From contig NZ_JRFE01000017.1 in assembly GCF_000756305.1 (NCBI RefSeq), positions 205,434-245,433 of the forward strand: a stretch of 40,000 bases of DNA. Reading direction: 5' to 3'. Source of the stretch: Myxosarcina sp. GI1. GTDB taxonomy: Bacteria; Cyanobacteriota; Cyanobacteriia; Cyanobacteriales; Xenococcaceae. Below, in pieces: positions 1-8,149 of this stretch (the stretch's first letter is position 1; every line of letters begins with the position of its first letter). The notes beneath the pieces were generated by a model. It saw only the letters and a program-made list of their open reading frames with translations, was not told the origin of the DNA and searched no databases. The translations under genes were made by a program, and so were the position numbers.

Positions 1-1494
1 TCCATTTCCAAGTTTCAAAATCGCCTTGTTGACTCTCAAGCTAAGGTAATTCTCACTAACCACAGTCTTTTAGAACGAATTAAGGGCAATATAGCGAGTT
101 ACGTCAAACTATCTCCTAAGTTAGCAGAATTACCTTGGATAGCTAGCGATCGCGTAGAGCTAAATTTAGCTAGCAACTGGCAGCAGCCAAAACTAAACAG
201 CGATACTCTAGCTTTTTTCCAATACACCTCTGGTTCGACAGGAAACCCTAAAGGAGTGATGGTAACTCACGGCAACATCCTGCACAACTCTGAAGTAATC
301 AAACAGGCTTTTCAACATCATCAACAGACCAAAATTTTGATGTGGCTGCCTATGTTTCACGATATGGGCTTAGTAGGTGGTGTAATGCAGCCGTTATACG
401 GAGGCTATCCCGCAGTTTTAATGTCGCCGCTAGCTCTAATTCAACAGCCAGTTTTATGGCTACAGGCTATGTCTCGCTATCAAATTACTACTAGTGGCGG
501 ACCAAACTTTGCTTACGATCTCTTGTGCCAAAAAGTTACTCCCCAACAAAGAGAGACGCTCGATCTCAGCCATTGGGAAGTGGCTTTTTCTGGTGCTGAA
601 ACAGTAAGGGCTGAAACTTTAGCTAAATTTGCCGAACTATACGCTCCCTGTGGTTTTAAGCCAGAGGCTTTTTATCCTTGCTACGGGATGGCAGAAGCAA
701 CTCTATTTATTACGGGAGTCGATAAAACTAAATATCCCCAGGTTTTGTATCTCAGCGAGCCAGATTTAGCCGAAAACAAGGTTGTCTGCGTCGAACCAGA
801 TACAGAACGGGCAAAAGCAGTAGTTAGTTGTGGTTGCCCTTGGTTGGGCGATGAAATTATCATTGTAGATCCAGAAACCTTAACCAGATGTCCGAGCAAT
901 CGCGTCGGCGAAATTTGGGTCAATGGCAGAGGAGTTGCTAAAGGCTACTGGCAGCAGCCAGAAGCAACAGAACGAGACTTTAATGCTCATCTTGCCAACA
1001 ATAAAGAAACAACCTATTTACGCACTGGAGACTTGGGATTTATCCGCGATGGCGAACTCTATATCGTCGGGCGGATCAAAGATGTAATGATTATCTGGGG
1101 TACATATCGCTATCCCCAACACATCGAACAAACGGTTCAAGATGCCCATCCCGCACTAAGAACTAATGCAGGTGCTGCTTTTGCTGTAGAAATTGCGGGA
1201 GAAGAAAGATTGGTTATCGCTAGCGAAGTAGAGAGAACTTTCTTACGGCGTTTACCTGTAGAAGAAATTATAACGGCTATTCGCCAAGCAGTAGGAATAG
1301 AACATACTGTAGATGTCTACACCATACTGTTACTCAAAACGGGCAGCATTCCTAAAACTACCAGCGGGAAAATTCAGCGTCGCGCTTGTCGTCAAGGCTT
1401 TTTAGACGGTACTTTAAACTTAGTAGGTAAGTGGCAACAAAAAGATCTCAGTCAAAGTAATATTACCGACTTGATGCAAAGAATGGCAGAGTAA
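1..1494 (+). CDS. fatty acyl-AMP ligase (FAAL) / AMP-dependent synthetase, 5' end cut by the window edge
   Basis: Frame 1 is open from base 1 with no stop before the listed Met at 256. Adenylation motifs read directly: YTSGSTGNPKGV, YGMAE, YLRTGDLG, GRIKDVMII, SGKIQRR. The context FQYTSGSTGNPKGVMVTHGNILHN is typical of FAALs. No carrier domain follows. Confidence 0.8.
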   Translation, partial: SISKFQNRLVDSQAKVILTNHSLLERIKGNIASYVKLSPKLAELPWIASDRVELNLASNWQQPKLNSDTLAFFQYTSGSTGNPKGVMVTHGNILHNSEVIKQAFQHHQQTKILMWLPMFHDMGLVGGVMQPLYGGYPAVLMSPLALIQQPVLWLQAMSRYQITTSGGPNFAYDLLCQKVTPQQRETLDLSHWEVAFSGAETVRAETLAKFAELYAPCGFKPEAFYPCYGMAEATLFITGVDKTKYPQVLYLSEPDLAENKVVCVEPDTERAKAVVSCGCPWLGDEIIIVDPETLTRCPSNRVGEIWVNGRGVAKGYWQQPEATERDFNAHLANNKETTYLRTGDLGFIRDGELYIVGRIKDVMIIWGTYRYPQHIEQTVQDAHPALRTNAGAAFAVEIAGEERLVIASEVERTFLRRLPVEEIITAIRQAVGIEHTVDVYTILLLKTGSIPKTTSGKIQRRACRQGFLDGTLNLVGKWQQKDLSQSNITDLMQRMAE

Positions 1495-1528
1495 AACAGA
1501 GGTCAAGACAAGAATTAGAGAACAAGCA

Positions 1529-1963
1529 ATGAAAACCGTATCTACTGAAGTTTCAAACGATAAAAAAAGTCTTCGCAGGGAACTATATGCTACTGAAAAT
1601 TATCTTCCTCTTTTAGCTCGTATCTCGCTTTCTGCACTCTTTATTTGGTCGGGTATCAATAAGATTTTGCATCCCATTATCACTCAGCAATATATGTCTG
1701 CTCATGGAATGCCATTGACATCAATCTTTCTCATAGCGGCGATCGCCCTGGAACTTTTAGGGGCATGTTCTCTATTGCTAGGAATTAAACCCCGATGGGG
1801 CGCAACCTTACTAATTATATTTTTAGTTCCCGCTACCTTAATTTTTCATACAAACTTTTCTACCGAACTTCAGCAAGCGATGTTTTTGAAAAATTTAGCA
1901 ATGTTGGGAGGTCTACTAATGGTAATCCAGTATGGAGGGGGAAATATTGCGCTAACGAAATAA
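1529..1963 (+). CDS. DoxX-family small integral membrane protein
   Basis: 144 aa with about four hydrophobic helices. The N-terminal pattern LLARISLSALFIWSGINKILHP resembles the DoxX family. Starts 35 bp after the FAAL stop on the same strand. Confidence 0.6.
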   Translation: MKTVSTEVSNDKKSLRRELYATENYLPLLARISLSALFIWSGINKILHPIITQQYMSAHGMPLTSIFLIAAIALELLGACSLLLGIKPRWGATLLIIFLVPATLIFHTNFSTELQQAMFLKNLAMLGGLLMVIQYGGGNIALTK

Positions 1964-2056
1964 AAGCGATCGCCATAGCTGTATTTCTCGACACTCTTTA
2001 TATTTTGAAATTGATGCTTAAATCTTCGTCAGTGGGTACTTTACCTTTTAAGTGCA

Positions 2057-2308
2057 TTGAAATTTACTGTCGTAATGAAGCAAAATAATAACCGCAAAAG
2101 TCAAAATATTTCAGTAGCAAAAACCTACATCTTTATCTTGATAATGGGGACTATAGGCGCAGTAGTAGGAGCGATCGATAATATGGAAAGTCGAGAGAGT
2201 TCCTCTGAAGAAGTAATAGTTCAAATGGGCATAGGAGCCTGTGGAGGTATGGTTGCTGCGAGTTTTTTAAGCATACCGACAATTTTTTCTAAAAAGAACT
2301 CAAAATAA
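2057..2308 (+). CDS. hypothetical small membrane protein; the start may instead be the Met at 2075
   Basis: 83-aa ORF with two hydrophobic segments (IFILIMGTIGAVVGAI and GIGACGGMVAASFL). No recognisable family, so coding status is uncertain. Confidence 0.3.
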   Translation: MKFTVVMKQNNNRKSQNISVAKTYIFILIMGTIGAVVGAIDNMESRESSSEEVIVQMGIGACGGMVAASFLSIPTIFSKKNSK

Positions 2309-2484
2309 CAAATCTTGTTTTTCTTGATTTAGCAACGCCATAATTTTTAACCAGCTTACGTTTGTTTTCAATTTAGAGAATCGAGTTCTTGTAACTTCTG
2401 CTATTTGTTGGCGATCGCCGCACATTTATCTTCATTTAATATTGTGAGATTATCTTCAATTGTAATTAGTAAACAATACCCCTA

Positions 2485-2526
2485 CTGAGATTGCATCTAA
2501 ACTAAAAAATACAGATCCAATCTCAG
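2485..2526 (+). promoter_or_regulatory. 9-bp inverted repeat (CTGAGATTG...CAATCTCAG) ending 4 nt before the ATG at 2531
   Basis: Read directly: arms at 2485-2493 and 2518-2526, with a 24-nt A-rich loop. It would occlude the ribosome-binding region of the downstream ORF. Confidence 0.3.
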
Positions 2527-2530
2527 TCTT

Positions 2531-2940
<410 letters not shown>

Positions 2941-3100
2941 AATCGCAATGTGTAAAGCGCGATCGCTACAAATTAGAGAATTCAGGTTGTCTCAATGACC
3001 GCGTTCAATATAGCGATCGCATCTTGAAATATTTATAATTTTTGTAACATATTATAAAACACACGATTGATTTCAAGTAGTTTTATGTAGAATACAAATG

Positions 3101-3126
3101 TAGTTAATTAACTGCTTAATTAACTA
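3101..3126. promoter_or_regulatory. perfect palindrome TAGTTAATTAA-CTGC-TTAATTAACTA in the AT-rich region upstream of the repeat-protein gene
   Basis: Arms of 11 bp at 3101-3111 and 3116-3126 are exact reverse complements with a 4-nt spacer. It lies about 290 bp upstream of the ATG at 3415. Candidate dimeric regulator site; function unknown. Confidence 0.25.
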
Positions 3127-3414
3127 GCTCGAAAAAGTATCAAATTGTTAAAAAGCAAAAAAAAAGAAAGCTAAGATCGAATTTATTAGACCAAATCATT
3201 GCTTTTCATCTAATTAGGACATTTAATCCACTTATAAAACAATTCTCTTAATAGCTAATAAAAGGATAAACTTGCTAAAAATTTATTTACAGTGGCTTAA
3301 ATGTGCAAAAAATTTCGATAAATTTGTCGTTGATAAAATTAGTACATAAATTCAAAACTTGGTCGTACTAATCGAAAAAGCTTCTCTTTTTTTTAGACAA
3401 AAAGAGAAGAAAAA

Positions 3415-5040
3415 ATGAAAACCTTATCTCAAACTATCTCTACAAGCATTAATTATGATGCAGATGGCAACATTGATTCTCGCTATTTAAATGTTTACAC
3501 ATTTGATAAAAATAGTAATCAACTAACAAACGTATACGAAGCTGATAACGATGGAGATGGCAATATCGATTATCGTTATTCAACTACTAACACCTACGAC
3601 AAAAAAGGAAATCAACTAACCAGCGTTTCTGAATATGACAATGACGCAGACGGTGACATTGACTCTCGCTATTCAACTACCAATACTTACGATAAACAAG
3701 GCAATCTGTTAACTAGCGTTTCGGAATCTGATTATGATGGGGACAATCTTTCCAATTCTCGCTATTTAACTAAGAATACCTACGATAAACAAGGCAATTT
3801 ACTAACTACCATTTCAGAATCTGATAATGATGGTGATGGTAATATTGACTCTTTGTATTCAACTAAGAATACCTACGATAAACAAGGCAATCTGCTAACT
3901 AGCATTTCGGAATCTGATAGTGATGGAGACGGCAATATTGACTCTTTGTATTCAACTAAGAATACCTACAACAAAAAGGGAAATCAACTAACCAGCATTT
4001 CTGAATATGACAATGACGCAGACGGTGACATTGACTCTCGCTACTCAAACACCAGCACCTACGACAAAAAGGGAAATCGACTGACCAGCGTTTATGAATC
4101 TGATTACGATGGCGATGGTAATATTGACTCTTTGTATTCAACTACCAATACCTACGATAAACGAGGCAATCAACTAACCAGCATTTATGAATCTGATTAT
4201 GATGGAGACGGTCTACTTAATTATCGTTCTTCAACCACCAGTACCTACAACAAACGTGGCAATTTGCTGAGTAGCGTTTACGAATATGACGATGGTGCAG
4301 ATGGTAGCATTAATTCTCGTTCTTCAACTACCAATACCTACGATAAACGAGGTAATCAATTAAGTAGTGTTTATGAATCCGATTACGATGGCGATGGTCT
4401 TTTTGATTATCGTAATTCAACTACCAATACCTACGATAAACGGCGCAATCTGCTAACTAGCATTTCGGAATCTGATAGTGATGGAGACGGCAATATTGAC
4501 TCTTTGTATTCAACTACCAATACCTACGATAAACAAGGTAATCAATTAAGTAGCGTTTATGAATCCGATTACGATGGCGATGGTCTTTTTAATTATCGTA
4601 ATTCAACTACCAATACCTACGATAAACGGGGCAATCAACTAACTACCATTTCAGAATCTGATAACGATGGTGATGGTAATATTGATTCTTTGTATTCAAC
4701 TACCAACACCTACAATAAACGAGGTAATTTGCTAACTAGCGTTTCTGAGTCCGATTACGATGGAGACGGTAACATTGATTATCGCTATTCAACCACGAAT
4801 ACCTATGACAAATGGGGCAATCAACTAACTAGCGTTTACGAAGCTGATTATGATGGAGATGGCAACATTGATTATCGTCAAGAAACACTTTATGAATACT
4901 TAGATAAAAGTAAATATATAGCTGGTGTTTCTGATAACGAACTTGTAGTTGCTTTTGATAATCCGAGCAATTCTCAAATTCATCTCTTGAGTGAAGAATC
5001 AACTTTCTTAATTTCTTCAGAATTAACGCAGTTGTTTTGA
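3415..5040 (+). CDS. tandem-repeat protein: fourteen full 31-aa repeats plus partial copies at each end, combining a DxDxDG Ca-loop-like motif with a YD/Rhs-like motif
   Basis: 541-aa ORF. Repeat consensus is ESDxDGDGNIDSxYSTTNTYDKxGNxLTSxx. There is no obvious N-terminal signal peptide and the last ~50 aa are unique. Codon-level divergence between repeats argues for a real coding sequence. Confidence 0.75.
   Translation: MKTLSQTISTSINYDADGNIDSRYLNVYTFDKNSNQLTNVYEADNDGDGNIDYRYSTTNTYDKKGNQLTSVSEYDNDADGDIDSRYSTTNTYDKQGNLLTSVSESDYDGDNLSNSRYLTKNTYDKQGNLLTTISESDNDGDGNIDSLYSTKNTYDKQGNLLTSISESDSDGDGNIDSLYSTKNTYNKKGNQLTSISEYDNDADGDIDSRYSNTSTYDKKGNRLTSVYESDYDGDGNIDSLYSTTNTYDKRGNQLTSIYESDYDGDGLLNYRSSTTSTYNKRGNLLSSVYEYDDGADGSINSRSSTTNTYDKRGNQLSSVYESDYDGDGLFDYRNSTTNTYDKRRNLLTSISESDSDGDGNIDSLYSTTNTYDKQGNQLSSVYESDYDGDGLFNYRNSTTNTYDKRGNQLTTISESDNDGDGNIDSLYSTTNTYNKRGNLLTSVSESDYDGDGNIDYRYSTTNTYDKWGNQLTSVYEADYDGDGNIDYRQETLYEYLDKSKYIAGVSDNELVVAFDNPSNSQIHLLSEESTFLISSELTQLF
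3451..4878 (+). repeat. 93-bp tandem repeat array inside the CDS
   Basis: The period of 93 nt (31 codons) is read from the translation. A 72-nt stretch is identical at 3887-3958 and 4445-4516, an offset of 558 nt or 6 x 93. Confidence 0.9.
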
Positions 5041-5077
5041 CGGCGCTAACTAATAAGTTAATTAAAAGCTAGGTATT

Positions 5078-5117
5078 GCGGCGTTTTTTGCCAAATGCAC
5101 TTAACGCCGCTTGTTTT
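5078..5117 (+). terminator. candidate intrinsic terminator of the repeat-protein gene
   Basis: GCGGCGTT (5078-5085) pairs with AACGCCGC (5103-5110) and is followed by TTGTTTT. The 17-nt loop is larger than ideal. Confidence 0.45.
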
Positions 5118-5292
5118 AATAATTAAAAAATATAACAGAGAGAAACGGCAGTGAAATTTTATCGATTAAATCAATAAAATTTCTGAAGATTTTAAGAGTG
5201 TAAAATTAGATTTTTTACTTTGACTACTTTTGACTGGCAATAAAAAGCTAAATGGTTTTTGATATAACCAAATCAAATTGAACAAGACAATC

Positions 5293-5461
5293 ATGTCAAA
5301 TTCTATCGATGTAAATGATAACAACATCGTTTTCACTTTTAAAAAAACAGAAATATACCTTCAAAGAATTGCTAAAAGAAACAAATAGTAAGAATTTTGA
5401 TAAAGAATACGATCGCGAAGAACCAGTAGGTGAAGAAGTTTGGTGGCAAAAATTTTTCTAA
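5293..5461 (+). pseudogene. decayed MazE/AbrB-type antitoxin remnant, frameshifted at an A7 run, with no toxin partner
   Basis: Frame 1 (5293-5388) reads MSNSIDVNDNNIVFTFKK. Frame 2 continues KQKYTFKELLKETNSKNFDKEYDREEPVGEEVWWQKFF to the stop at 5459-5461. The two join if one A is removed from the A7 run at 5341-5347. The joined sequence parallels the E. coli MazE C-terminal half ([48 protein letters not shown], from memory). The N-terminal AbrB-fold part is missing, with an in-frame TGA upstream. Confidence 0.4.
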
Positions 5462-5474
5462 GCAAAAATTTACT

Positions 5475-6875
5475 CTACTCTCTTTGCATTTTAGAGCCTA
5501 AAAACAGACTCGCCACAGCATAAACTAAAAATCCTATTGCCATCCCTGGTAAAACTTCGTACATCGCACCTGATAAGCCTAAAACCGATTTCCAAACTAA
5601 AGCACCTGCAATTCCTGCTATCATTACGGCGATCGCCACAGGTGTAGTTATCGGTTTTTCAAACACTCGTATAATCAATAAAACTCCCAAACCAGAAGCC
5701 AAAATCGACCAGGCGAAGGTAATTAGATTAAATACGCTGTCGTTATTAATTAGCGCGATCGCTAAAACAATAGCCGTAACTATTAAAGTGCCAATTTTAG
5801 CGTAGCGATAGGATTTAGCCAACCCTGGGAACAAATCTTGAGTTAAAGCTGCCGAACAGGATAAGATTTGCGAATCGGCAGTAGAAATAGTTGCCGCAAA
5901 CAAACCCGCTAGCATTACTCCTACCAAAACTCCTGGTAATAAGTCTACAGAGAGATCGAGTAGTGCTAATTCTGGATCGTTAATATTTGGTAACAAGACT
6001 CTACCTGTCAAACCAATAGCTATAGCCGTAAAAGCGGTGATTATGCCGCAAATAGTCCTAATATCTCGCGCTTTGCCCATATTATTAGCAGAATCGATCG
6101 CCATTGCCCGAACTAAAATATGAGGTTGTCCCACCGCGCCAAATCCTGCTATCAGCCAGCCGATGAAAAAGGGCAAAAATCCCCAGGCCAAATCGGAAGG
6201 AAATAAGCTGACCAGATTTGCATCTATCTGTCCTAAATTGCTATATATATTTGCAACTCCACCGCCTTCTACAATAGTCACCACAAACAAAATCAGCAAC
6301 GCAGCGATCATCACTATCGTCTGCACGGCATCAGTCCAAATCGAGGCGCGAATTCCGCCAGAAAAGCAGTAAGCGACGACAACAACCGCGCCAATAATAA
6401 TTCCCCAAGAGTAATTCCAACCAAACAGGCTGTTGAGGGCTTTACTTCCTGCCAGTAGTTGCGCTGCGGCATACGAACCCAAAAAAGCAATGGTAATTAA
6501 AGCCGAAACAATCGCAATCCAGCGATAGCCCTGCTGTTTCTGTGCCAGAAAAGCAGGAACGGTTTCTGAATTAGAAGTTTCAGAAACTAGGCGCAATCGT
6601 TTAAAAACCAGTAGCCAAGAGAAATAATCGCCAATTGCCCAACCTATCGCCAACCAAATCGCCGATAAACCCTGAGTATAGGCATATCCTACCTGTCCCG
6701 TAAACAAAAAGGCACTTTGACCAGTCGACAGTGCTGATAGTGCCACCAGCCAGGGATTGACCTTTCTGCCAGCTAGTAAATAGTCAGCAGTTGTATCTTG
6801 CTTTTGAGTTACCGAGTAGATACCCACTACGGTAAACAACAGCAAAAAAGCGATAAAAGTAAGAGCGATCGACAT
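5475..6875 (-). CDS. sodium:solute symporter (SSF) family transporter
   Basis: 466 aa, very hydrophobic with about 12-13 helices. The N-terminal pattern DYLLAGRKVNPWLVALSALSTGQSAFLFTGQ is typical of PutP/PanF-type SSF proteins. Substrate cannot be deduced. Confidence 0.75.
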   Translation of the reverse strand: MSIALTFIAFLLLFTVVGIYSVTQKQDTTADYLLAGRKVNPWLVALSALSTGQSAFLFTGQVGYAYTQGLSAIWLAIGWAIGDYFSWLLVFKRLRLVSETSNSETVPAFLAQKQQGYRWIAIVSALITIAFLGSYAAAQLLAGSKALNSLFGWNYSWGIIIGAVVVVAYCFSGGIRASIWTDAVQTIVMIAALLILFVVTIVEGGGVANIYSNLGQIDANLVSLFPSDLAWGFLPFFIGWLIAGFGAVGQPHILVRAMAIDSANNMGKARDIRTICGIITAFTAIAIGLTGRVLLPNINDPELALLDLSVDLLPGVLVGVMLAGLFAATISTADSQILSCSAALTQDLFPGLAKSYRYAKIGTLIVTAIVLAIALINNDSVFNLITFAWSILASGLGVLLIIRVFEKPITTPVAIAVMIAGIAGALVWKSVLGLSGAMYEVLPGMAIGFLVYAVASLFLGSKMQRE

Positions 6876-6884
6876 TGTTAGAAA

Positions 6885-6926
6885 GGAAGAAGGAAGAGGG
6901 AAGAGGGAAGAGGGAAGAGGGAAGAA
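6885..6926. repeat. heptamer tandem repeat (GGAAGAG)n, six units; CTCTTCC on the coding strand of the symporter leader
   Basis: Read directly: GGAAGAA, then GGAAGAG four times, then GGAAGAA. The array starts 10 nt upstream of the symporter ATG at 6875. Confidence 0.9.
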
Positions 6927-6995
6927 GATGTTGTAGCTTAATTTAACAACTATTTTCTTCTTTCTTATTTTCTTGTCTCACAACGAGTTAATGGT

Positions 6996-8048
6996 TTACT
7001 GTTTGCTAAATTCCATACCCGAAAGACTATTATCGGTTTTGATTACTTTTTCTAATTTAAAACCGCTTTGCTCGAACAACTCTTGAAATTGCTTTTTGGT
7101 ACGCCAGCCACCGCCAGGAGTAGCGACGTTAATTTGTACGGCAAAAATCCCAGGCATAATGCCATCGGCTTCCACTTTAGGTTCGTCGATATCGGGAACA
7201 AAAGACTGTAATAAAATTACTCTACCGTGTGCTGGTAGGGCGCGTTTGCAGTTTTCCAAAATTTTTAAAGCGTCTTCATCGTTCCAAGCCGAGATAAAGT
7301 GCTTCATGACAATCGCATCCGCACCTTGAGGTATTTCCTCAAACACATCTCCTACTTTAATTTCAATGGCATCGGGATCTAGTCCCTGCTTGGCAATATA
7401 AGCTTTAGCGGTTTCTGCTACATAAGGCACGTCGAATAAAATTCCCTTGCAGCCATAACGCTTGACAATGTGAGAAATTAATCCACCCTGTCCGCCACCG
7501 ACATCCATAACCGTATCGTATTGGCTAAAGTCATAGGCATCGAGCAAACCGCCGACTTGCGAATTAGTTAAAAAGCTCATCGCCTTAATAAAGGTGTCGC
7601 CACTCCATTCATTATCGCGACAATAGTCGTAAACTCCTTTGCCGTTGGCGAGTTCAAAAGGAACTACCCCTTGCTTTAAACCTTCTGGCAAACTTCGCCA
7701 GGCATCCCACTGGGCGGGTTCGATGAGGTGCATTGCCAAATGTCCTGCCGAAGGTTCTTTATTAGTTACCAATAAGGACGATACTTCCGTAGGTGCGAAA
7801 ACTCTTTCTGGCTTTTCTTCTAGAACGTCGACATGAGCTAAGGCGCGGAGAATAAAGTAAAGTCTTTCTGCATTAGTATCGGTTTTGCTAGCCAGACTTT
7901 CTACGCTTTGTTCTCCTTCATTGTCAAGGATATTGAAGATACCCAAGCGAGTAGCGACATAAAGACATTTGCTTTTAACAAAAGTTAACATTAAATCGAA
8001 AACTTTTTGTTTGGCTGCGGTTTTGGAGTTAGATACAGTCGATACCAT
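6996..8048 (-). CDS. class I SAM-dependent O-methyltransferase, COMT/Methyltransf_2 type
   Basis: 350 aa. A helical N-terminal third of ~100 aa looks like a dimerisation region. The SAM motif VMDVGGGQGG is followed by FDVP, GDVFE and MKHFISAWNDED, as in plant and bacterial small-molecule O-MTs. Confidence 0.7.
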   Translation of the reverse strand: MVSTVSNSKTAAKQKVFDLMLTFVKSKCLYVATRLGIFNILDNEGEQSVESLASKTDTNAERLYFILRALAHVDVLEEKPERVFAPTEVSSLLVTNKEPSAGHLAMHLIEPAQWDAWRSLPEGLKQGVVPFELANGKGVYDYCRDNEWSGDTFIKAMSFLTNSQVGGLLDAYDFSQYDTVMDVGGGQGGLISHIVKRYGCKGILFDVPYVAETAKAYIAKQGLDPDAIEIKVGDVFEEIPQGADAIVMKHFISAWNDEDALKILENCKRALPAHGRVILLQSFVPDIDEPKVEADGIMPGIFAVQINVATPGGGWRTKKQFQELFEQSGFKLEKVIKTDNSLSGMEFSKQ

Positions 8049-8059
8049 TATTTATTTTT

Positions 8060-8087
8060 GTTAGTAGTTAGTAGTTAATAGTTAGTA
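8060..8087. repeat. heptamer tandem repeat (GTTAGTA)n, four units
   Basis: Read directly: GTTAGTA GTTAGTA GTTAATA GTTAGTA. It sits 12 nt upstream of the O-MT ATG at 8048, in the mysC to O-MT spacer. Confidence 0.85.
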
Positions 8088-8149
8088 GTCAAGCAACAGT
8101 TCAACCATCGACTTAAAAATTATTTCGTTTTAACCTTGTTTGACAAAAT

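Noticed and set aside
1795-2088. 97-aa ORF overlapping the DoxX 3' end and the next spacer
   Set aside because: It overlaps DoxX out of frame and has no start context or motifs.
3451-4878. Regular 93-bp repeat array considered as a possible CRISPR or satellite
   Set aside because: The repeats are contiguous with no unique spacers. They lie in one uninterrupted 541-codon ORF with synonymous-type divergence between units, so they are protein-coding repeats.
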